DNA of 64,000 nucleotides. Origin: Desulfobacterales bacterium (GTDB lineage Bacteria > Desulfobacterota > Desulfobacteria > Desulfobacterales > Desulfosalsimonadaceae). The stretch spans positions 388,929-452,928 of the forward strand of contig CAXXNU010000019.1 of the NCBI GenBank assembly GCA_963675805.2. The letters are read 5' to 3'. This document shows, in pieces, positions 58,348 through 64,000 of the stretch. Numbering within the stretch: position 1 is the stretch's first letter; every line of letters starts with the position of its first letter. A program made the position numbers and the translations under genes. A model generated the notes under the pieces. It had not been told where the DNA came from. It did no database searches and worked only from the letters and a program-made list of their open reading frames with translations.

Positions 58348-60306
58348 CTAATGTTTTTTTGCCTTGGGCGTTTCATTGGTTTGGTTCGGTGCATTGTCCG
58401 GATCATTATTCGGGTCAGAAGCGGTTTTCGCAGATTCTGCGGCTTGCGATTCTTTTTCCTTTGCAAGGGTTTCTGCTTCAGCTGCTTTTTTTGCTTCTTC
58501 AGCAGCGATCTGCTTTTCTAAAAGATCCCGCTTTTTGTTGACTTCAGCGGTCTTTTGGTCCAAAAGGTCCCGCTGGGAAGTGCCGGTGGCCAGGGTTGCC
58601 GCGCTGTGCAGGTGGGTGAGGGCAGACTCATACCCCTCAATGGTATTTTTGCCGGCGGCCACATCCGCCTTGTATAGGGAGAACAAAAAATCAATGTTGC
58701 TCAGCCGTGTTTTTGCAGCGTTTTTGTGCTGGCGGTCCGGGGCGAAATGAATGGCCTTGTAAAGGTTTGTTTTAATGGCTTCAAAATCCGGCTGGCCTTT
58801 TTTTTCAGAAAGGGCCTCAGCCTTTTGGATATAAAACTGATAGGCCGGGACCAATGCTTCTTTTTTGGCGTAAACGTCTTTTACAGGTTCTTCAACGGAC
58901 GCGCCAGGGACATGCATTACCAGTTTTTTGCCGGTGGGTGAAAATTTTCCCTGCCAGATGTCAATGCCGCCGTCTGCCTGTTTCAGATAGTAGTTGTTCG
59001 TGTTCATGGCACTGGCAATGATCAGCAGCGCGAATAGTCCGCCCACGAGAGCGACTAATATTTTGACGGCGTTGTTCATAGGGGGCTCTGTCGGGCCCTG
59101 ATCAGCGGGAATTGATGGCGGTGCCGGTGGTTTTGCCGCTTTTTCTTCAGCTTCTTTCTCTGCTTTGGCTTTTGCCTCGGCCTCGGCTTTTGCTTTTTCG
59201 GCCGCCTCTTTTTCAGCTTTTGCCTTGGCTTCCGCTTCTGCCTTAGCCTTTTCGGCTTTCGCCTTTGCTTCAGCCTCTGCCTTGGCCTTCTCCTGAGCCT
59301 CTTTTTCTGCTTTGGCTTTTGCCTCGGCCTCGGCTTTTGCTTTTTCCGCGGCTTCCTTTTCAGCCTTTGCCTTTTCGGCTGCTTCCTTCTCCGCTTTCGC
59401 CTTTGCTTCAGCTTCTGCTTTGGCTTTCTCCTGAGCCTCTTTTTCTGCTTTGGCTTTTGCCTCGGCCTCGGCCTTTGCTTTTTCTGCGGCCTCTTTTTCA
59501 GCTTTTGCCTTGGCTTCCGCTTCGGCCTTGGCCTTTTCGGCTGCTTCCTTCTCTGTTTTCGCCTTTGCCTCAGCTTCTGCTTTGGCTTTCTCTTGAGCTT
59601 CTTTTTCTGCTTTGGCTTTTGCCTCGGCTTCGGCCTTTGCTATTTCTGCGGCCTCTTTTTCTGCCCGGGCCTTGCCTGCTGCCTCAATGACCTTCATATC
59701 AAAGGTTCTGGCAATCAACCCCCGAATACGGTCGGCTTCTGCTTTGTCTTTGCTCTCAAAGGCCGGGGGAGCGGAAAAGCCTTTTTCAAACGAATCATCC
59801 ACCGCCGGCACATATAATTTTTTGGGCTGCCAGGAATCAAATTGAAGATTGATCAGTTCTCTTACGGAAAGTGTTTTTTTGGGTTTGGCGGCTGGTTTTT
59901 CTTTTGCCGGTGCTTTTGGCTTTGCTTTTGGGGCTGTTTTTTTTTTTGGCTTTTCTGCTTTTGCCTTGTCCGGCACAGTTAGGTCGAATTGCCGATTTAA
60001 AAGGTCCCGCAGGGCGGTTGCTTTTTCTTTGTCTTTCTCATCAATGGCCGGCGGCGCTGAAAAGCCACTTAAAAGGTCACTGTCCGGGGTTGCTTTGAAA
60101 AGTTTTTTAGGGGCCCAGGCATCAAATTTCCTGTTCAGGATGGATTTCAAGGTTGGTTTTTTGGGCGCCGGTTTTTTTTTGGCCGTTGGCTTTTTTGTTT
60201 CTTTTTTAGGGGCAGCGGCTTTGGTTTCCGTTTTCTTGGCGGTTGTCTTTTTTTTCGCGGTTGCTTTCTTTTTGGTAGTGGATTTGGTCAGGCTTTTTTT
60301 TCCCAT
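58348..60306 (-). CDS. Repetitive single-pass membrane protein: H1-like Lys-rich N-tail, duplicated about 50-aa module, KAEAEAKAKAEKEA repeat coiled coil, TM helix, C-terminal domain
   Basis: 652 aa. The N-terminus is MGKKSLTKSTTKKKATAKKK.... Two FD(A/S)W(A/Q)PKKL(F/Y)...GFSAPPA modules are present. About 9 units of an 18-aa K/A/E repeat follow. The TM helix is AVKILVALVGGLFALLIIASAM. Confidence 0.7.
   Translation of the reverse strand: MGKKSLTKSTTKKKATAKKKTTAKKTETKAAAPKKETKKPTAKKKPAPKKPTLKSILNRKFDAWAPKKLFKATPDSDLLSGFSAPPAIDEKDKEKATALRDLLNRQFDLTVPDKAKAEKPKKKTAPKAKPKAPAKEKPAAKPKKTLSVRELINLQFDSWQPKKLYVPAVDDSFEKGFSAPPAFESKDKAEADRIRGLIARTFDMKVIEAAGKARAEKEAAEIAKAEAEAKAKAEKEAQEKAKAEAEAKAKTEKEAAEKAKAEAEAKAKAEKEAAEKAKAEAEAKAKAEKEAQEKAKAEAEAKAKAEKEAAEKAKAEKEAAEKAKAEAEAKAKAEKEAQEKAKAEAEAKAKAEKAKAEAEAKAKAEKEAAEKAKAEAEAKAKAEKEAEEKAAKPPAPPSIPADQGPTEPPMNNAVKILVALVGGLFALLIIASAMNTNNYYLKQADGGIDIWQGKFSPTGKKLVMHVPGASVEEPVKDVYAKKEALVPAYQFYIQKAEALSEKKGQPDFEAIKTNLYKAIHFAPDRQHKNAAKTRLSNIDFLFSLYKADVAAGKNTIEGYESALTHLHSAATLATGTSQRDLLDQKTAEVNKKRDLLEKQIAAEEAKKAAEAETLAKEKESQAAESAKTASDPNNDPDNAPNQTNETPKAKKH
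59139..59670 (-). repeat. In-frame tandem repeat, 54-nt unit (about 9 copies, two truncated)
   Basis: The marker TGCTTTGGCTTTTGCCTCGG recurs at 59161, 59308, 59446 and 59608. The offsets (147, 138, 162 nt) equal multiples of 54 plus truncated 39- and 30-nt units. The repeat encodes KAKAEAEAKAKAEKEA(A/Q)E. Confidence 0.85.
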
Positions 60307-60480
60307 ATAAACCTCTTTCGCTGTTGTCTGAGATTTGGTATAATCATCTAAATATGTGAGATTCTAATAAGGTATGAAATATATAAGAACCATGTTTTTT
60401 TGTAAACAGTTTTTTGATCTGCCACCGTTTTGCGCAGAATGCGTGACCGATGGTGTAGTTACATTGACAACTTGGTGTAA

Positions 60481-61335
60481 ATGAATCCGTTGGCTTTGAA
60501 ATCCCGCCGTCTGACAGACATTATCAGAAAGTACGATTCACTGGCTGTGGCCCTTTCCGGGGGGGTGGACAGCACGTTTCTGTTGGCATTTGCCGATCAT
60601 TTCATTCAAAGGGAAGCCACCGGCGCCCGCCTGCTCGCAGTTACTGCGGCTTCTATGCTGCATCCGGAAAAAGAGGTTCAGGCGGCCGCCCGATTTGCCG
60701 AAGAAAAGGGCATCTGCCACCAGGTTATTCAAACCAGTGAAATGGCATCTGATGAATTTTTAAAAAATTCAACCGGTCGGTGTTATGTATGCAAAACAAT
60801 TATTTTTGCTCAGATCCGGGAAGTTGCTGAAAAAGCCGGTATTGCGGTTGTGGCCCACGGTGTGAATGCTGATGACATGCGAGACTTCCGGCCAGGGCTC
60901 AAGGCAGCCCGTGAAATGGGCATTGCAGCGCCCCTTGCCGAGGTTGGATTTACCAAAGATGAGATTCGACAGCTTGCAAAAGAAATGGGACTGGCCGTCT
61001 GGGATAAGCCGGCGTCCGGTTGCCTGGCCACTCGGATTCCCTATGATCAGCCCATCACCCGGGAAAAATTAATTCAGGTCAAGGCGGCGGAAGGGGTGCT
61101 CGCAGATCTTGGTGTATTGTCTTGCCGGGTGCGCCATTATGGGGAAACCGCCAGGATTGAAATACCTGCCCGGGTGATGGACACAATCATTCAGCCTTCT
61201 GTCCGCACCCATATTGTGGAAAAATTCCGGAAAATCGGTTTTCTTTACATCTCCATGGATCTGGAAGGATTTGTCTCCGGCCGCCTGAACCGGTCAGTTT
61301 CTGCCGAATATTCTGAAGGAGAGTCTAACTCCTGA
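60481..61335 (+). CDS. larE: PP-loop ATP pyrophosphatase, LarE-type sulfur transferase family
   Basis: PP-loop LAVALSGGVDST. PASGCLATRIPYD carries the LarE-type Cys. RVRHYGETARIE. Confidence 0.65.
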   Translation: MNPLALKSRRLTDIIRKYDSLAVALSGGVDSTFLLAFADHFIQREATGARLLAVTAASMLHPEKEVQAAARFAEEKGICHQVIQTSEMASDEFLKNSTGRCYVCKTIIFAQIREVAEKAGIAVVAHGVNADDMRDFRPGLKAAREMGIAAPLAEVGFTKDEIRQLAKEMGLAVWDKPASGCLATRIPYDQPITREKLIQVKAAEGVLADLGVLSCRVRHYGETARIEIPARVMDTIIQPSVRTHIVEKFRKIGFLYISMDLEGFVSGRLNRSVSAEYSEGESNS

Positions 61336-61392
61336 AGGCCTCTGTTCATTCAATCAATTTGTGAATCAAATTTTCCGGCCGAATTTTCTGGC

Positions 61393-61440
61393 ACCTGAAA
61401 CCTGACATTAACGACGCTTACCCTGCAACTTTTTAAATTG
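61393..61440 (-). repeat. Solo ACCT-type heptamer segment
   Basis: ACCTGAA ACCTGAC ... CCCTGCAACTT resembles the 3' arm at 62881-62905 (ACCTGAC ACCTGCA ACTTGCA). Confidence 0.5.
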
Positions 61441-61603
61441 TTAGCTTTTCAGCAAACTGCCTGATCTTTTTTGTCCTTTGCGTTGATTGTTTGAAAAAGC
61501 GTCTTACTTTAAAACTTAACATGGTTATATATGAATTAAACCATATGGCGTCCTGGACCGGGCCTTGATCAATGACGATTAACTTTTTATTGAGAGGTCC
61601 AAA

Positions 61604-62803
61604 ATGAAGACGATTACACCTGAAAGTCTGGCAGACGTTGAATTTCAGCTGAACTGGAACAGCAAAGACGCCCGCCATGAAGAACGATTGTTCACCACCA
61701 TTAACCTTTGGCGCGATATTTTCCCGCCCGGTCTTTACGCCGCGCTCCTGGGTAAAATACCTGGGGACAAGATCGGTCCTTTCACGTACGACCGGGAAAA
61801 AGCGCTTTTGCCAACCGCAGCGGCCGACCGCATCACCTTGAACCGCCGTCAGTTCCGGTCAGATAAATTCACCCCCAAGTATGGGCGCTTTTATCCGCTG
61901 GGCTTGCTTGACGGCCTTGCCAATGTGTTCCCCGGCAATGCAAAGCCCTTTCGCGTGACAGGCCTTGACAACGGGCACCTCCAGGCGGACCTGAATCACC
62001 CCCTGGCGGGATACGACCTAACCGTTTTCGGTGTTGTGCATAACGCAATGACAAAACCCTATGACCGGGGTGGCGAGTGTGCCATGCTCATTGAATGTCT
62101 TGCCGACGGCCCGGGAATGCAGGTGCGCGCAAACGGGCGGCCAACGGATTTTCTGGCGACAGACGCCTTTGCGAGAGATGATACCGCCGATGACGCATTG
62201 TTTTATCAAAATCCGCGGTTTGTGAATCACATTGATGATAAGGCCATTGATACCATTACCGGTCTTTATGGGTCGTTCGCCCGGCCGGGAATGGATGTGC
62301 TGGATCTCATGAGCGCCTGGCGGTCCCATGTGCCGGAAAATGCCGGATTGAAATCCCTGGTGGGCCTGGGCATGAATGCGGCGGAAATGGCGGATAATCC
62401 CCAACTCACCGACTACCGGGTCCATGATCTGAACGCGGACCCGAAGCTGCCTTTTGCGGACAACGCCTTTGATCTGGTGCTCTGCACAGTGTCTGTGGAA
62501 TACCTGGTCCGGCCGGAGGATGTGTTTTTCGATGTGGCAAGGGTGCTGCGGCCCGGCGGCAGGTTTGTGGTAACTTTTTCCAATCGGTGGTTTCCGCCAA
62601 AAGCCATTAAACTGTGGCAGGAACTTCATGAGTTCGAGCGCATGGGGCTGGTGCTGGAATACTTTAAGCGGTCTGAAACATTCACTGATCTGCAGACACT
62701 GTCGTCCCGGGGATGGCCTCGGCCGGAATCGGATAAATATTATCCCGAGTTTCTGAAATCCGACCCGGTATATGCGGTATGGGGAAGTAAAAATCCGGCC
62801 TAA
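61604..62803 (+). CDS. Fusion: SlyD-like FKBP-type domain + class I SAM methyltransferase
   Basis: The N-terminal half has PPGLYAALLGKIPGDKIGPF and DLNHPLAGYDLTVFGVV (compare the FKBP/SlyD DGNHxLAG motif). The C-terminal half has FDLVLCTVSVEYLVRPEDVFFDVARVLRPGGRFVVTFSN. Confidence 0.55.
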   Translation: MKTITPESLADVEFQLNWNSKDARHEERLFTTINLWRDIFPPGLYAALLGKIPGDKIGPFTYDREKALLPTAAADRITLNRRQFRSDKFTPKYGRFYPLGLLDGLANVFPGNAKPFRVTGLDNGHLQADLNHPLAGYDLTVFGVVHNAMTKPYDRGGECAMLIECLADGPGMQVRANGRPTDFLATDAFARDDTADDALFYQNPRFVNHIDDKAIDTITGLYGSFARPGMDVLDLMSAWRSHVPENAGLKSLVGLGMNAAEMADNPQLTDYRVHDLNADPKLPFADNAFDLVLCTVSVEYLVRPEDVFFDVARVLRPGGRFVVTFSNRWFPPKAIKLWQELHEFERMGLVLEYFKRSETFTDLQTLSSRGWPRPESDKYYPEFLKSDPVYAVWGSKNPA

Positions 62804-62848
62804 CGCTACCTGGGGCTGGAATGATAGCGGTGAAAAGCAGTGAGATAT

Positions 62849-62892
62849 CAGGTGTCAGGTTTCGAGATGAATTCTCCGGAACCTGACACCTG
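62849..62892. repeat. Strong hairpin made of AGGT/ACCT heptamers between convergent genes
   Basis: CAGGTGTCAGGTTTCGAGA-TGAAT-TCTCCGGAACCTGACACCTG. The arms contain AGGTGTC AGGTTTC and their complements. Confidence 0.75.
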
Positions 62893-62907
62893 CAACTTGC
62901 AACCCGA

Positions 62908-64000
62908 TCATGCTGTCTCCACCCGGCACGGCACAAACCGGTGCATGGGCGTGCCCAGCCGGTCCCGGTGGGTATTTTTAGTCAAATAGTTTACATTCAA
63001 CCCGTAGACCGTGTCCCCATAGAGCAGACCAAATCCGTGGGGAATCAGCACCGTGCCTTGTCTGATCTGGTCGGATACCTGAAGTTCTCCCACCTGGCTG
63101 CCCGCTTCAGTGGTCACCCGCACATTTTGTCCGTCGGTAAATCCCATTTTTTCGGCATCCCCCGGATTGACGGATACGGTGCACGCTCGCTTGCCCTTGT
63201 TCCATTCCTGGCCCCGGATCATTGTGTTCATGTTATAACGCGTATGGCGGCCGGCATTTAAGATCATGGGAAATTCATCCGGCAATTTCAGATCCGCTGC
63301 TTCGGTTTCTGCGTTTAATTTTTTTGCATCCTCTTCAAGCTCCGGAACAAAAACTTCAATTTTTCCGGATCGGGTCTTGACGGCCTTAAAATTTTCCGTT
63401 GGATCCATTTCACCCACCCAGAGCCCTTCAGGCGTATCCAGCAGGGCCTGGAAAATCCGGTCCCCCTGATCCATGCCCGGCTCAAAACCCACGCGGGTGG
63501 CATTTTTTCGAAAAGATTTGGGTGCGGTCATCAACACCCCCCACAGGCCGGCAAGGGCCGCACTGTCCCATTCCCTGCCAATGGTTTTGGCCAGCACAAA
63601 CGGCATGGCAGTAAGAGTTTCCGGACAGGTCGCGGCCCATTCCATGAGCTTTGCACCAAATGTCAACCGGTCGTTTTTGGCAGCGTAATAAATGGCTTTT
63701 GGGATGTCGGGAATCAGTCCCAGTTTGTCGGCAATGAGAGTAAATATCTGGGATGCTTCAAGGCATTTTTCCGGCGGGGAAACAATGGGGCGCCGCATTT
63801 GAAAAAAGACTTTGGGAAATGTCCAGGGAAAAAATGTCCCGTCCCAGGATTCATAATAGGTCCGGCAGGGGAGTACATAATGGGCGAGGCGGGCGGTTTC
63901 ACTCATCACGATGTCGTTGACCACCAGCAGTTCCAGGCTTGAAAATGCTTTTTCATAGGCCGTGGTGTCCGGGTAGGCACGCAGCGGGTTGACGGCGCTG
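62908..64000 (-). CDS. Molybdopterin oxidoreductase, C-terminal part (5' end beyond window)
   Basis: The frame stays open upstream of the track start (…SAVNPLRAYPDTTAYEKAFSSLELLVVNDIVMSETARLAHYVLP). The C-terminal molybdopterin-dinucleotide-binding beta-barrel is VSVNPGDAEKMGFTDGQNVRVTTEAGSQVGELQVSDQIRQGTVLIPHGFG. Confidence 0.75.
   Translation of the reverse strand, partial: SAVNPLRAYPDTTAYEKAFSSLELLVVNDIVMSETARLAHYVLPCRTYYESWDGTFFPWTFPKVFFQMRRPIVSPPEKCLEASQIFTLIADKLGLIPDIPKAIYYAAKNDRLTFGAKLMEWAATCPETLTAMPFVLAKTIGREWDSAALAGLWGVLMTAPKSFRKNATRVGFEPGMDQGDRIFQALLDTPEGLWVGEMDPTENFKAVKTRSGKIEVFVPELEEDAKKLNAETEAADLKLPDEFPMILNAGRHTRYNMNTMIRGQEWNKGKRACTVSVNPGDAEKMGFTDGQNVRVTTEAGSQVGELQVSDQIRQGTVLIPHGFGLLYGDTVYGLNVNYLTKNTHRDRLGTPMHRFVPCRVETA

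Noticed and set aside
59139-59690. Regular repeats that could be mistaken for a CRISPR array; plus-strand ORF 59265..59690 (Leu/Pro-rich)
   Set aside because: The units abut with no unique spacers. They are in frame within a 652-aa minus-strand gene and encode KAEAEAKAKAEKEA repeats. The plus-strand ORF is a repeat-driven artefact.

Overview
This 64-kb chromosomal window has two very different halves. All protein calls rest on motif recognition in the supplied translations, because no database search could be run. The taxon looks Desulfobacterota/deltaproteobacterium-like, but this is a tentative guess from gene content and repeat types.

Bases 1-35,240 are a large surface-glycan biosynthesis and modification island.
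- It holds 7 Leloir-type glycosyltransferases (GT2/GT4) and 2 GT-C-type membrane transferases.
- It also encodes a Wzx flippase, Gmd, an AsnB-type amidotransferase and a sulfotransferase.
- There are 5 SAM methyltransferases, several LbH or membrane O-acyltransferases and a tandem pair of FdtA-like cupins.
- One gene is a GT2-aminotransferase fusion.
- Exported TPR, vWA-LamG and ankyrin proteins are interleaved with these genes.
- Two decayed wbpB/wbpD-like pseudogenes are present.
- About 14-23.7 kb and 31.6-33.2 kb are visibly AT-rich.

Bases 35,300-64,000 are housekeeping.
- In order: a RelE/RHH TA pair, coaBC, udg, xerC-hslVU, argB-argF-argG-argH, folK, tal, pgsA, tRNA-Gly and tRNA-Cys.
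- These are followed by a MOFRL glycerate kinase, a dynamin-like GTPase-ParA operon, a TetR regulator, a repetitive Lys/Ala/Glu membrane protein and larE.
- The window ends with an FKBP-methyltransferase fusion and a partial molybdopterin oxidoreductase.

The most unusual signal is in the housekeeping half. Nearly every operon junction carries structured repeats.
- The main family consists of abutting AGGTNNA heptamer arrays arranged as inverted pairs.
- One pair encloses a four-helix-bundle (23S-rRNA-IVS/Avd-type) gene between hslU and argB.
- A second pair encloses an ORF-less insert between argG and argH.
- Related copies form a hairpin at 62.85 kb and solo arrays at 52.34 and 61.39 kb.

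No CRISPR array, rRNA, transposase or prophage was seen.
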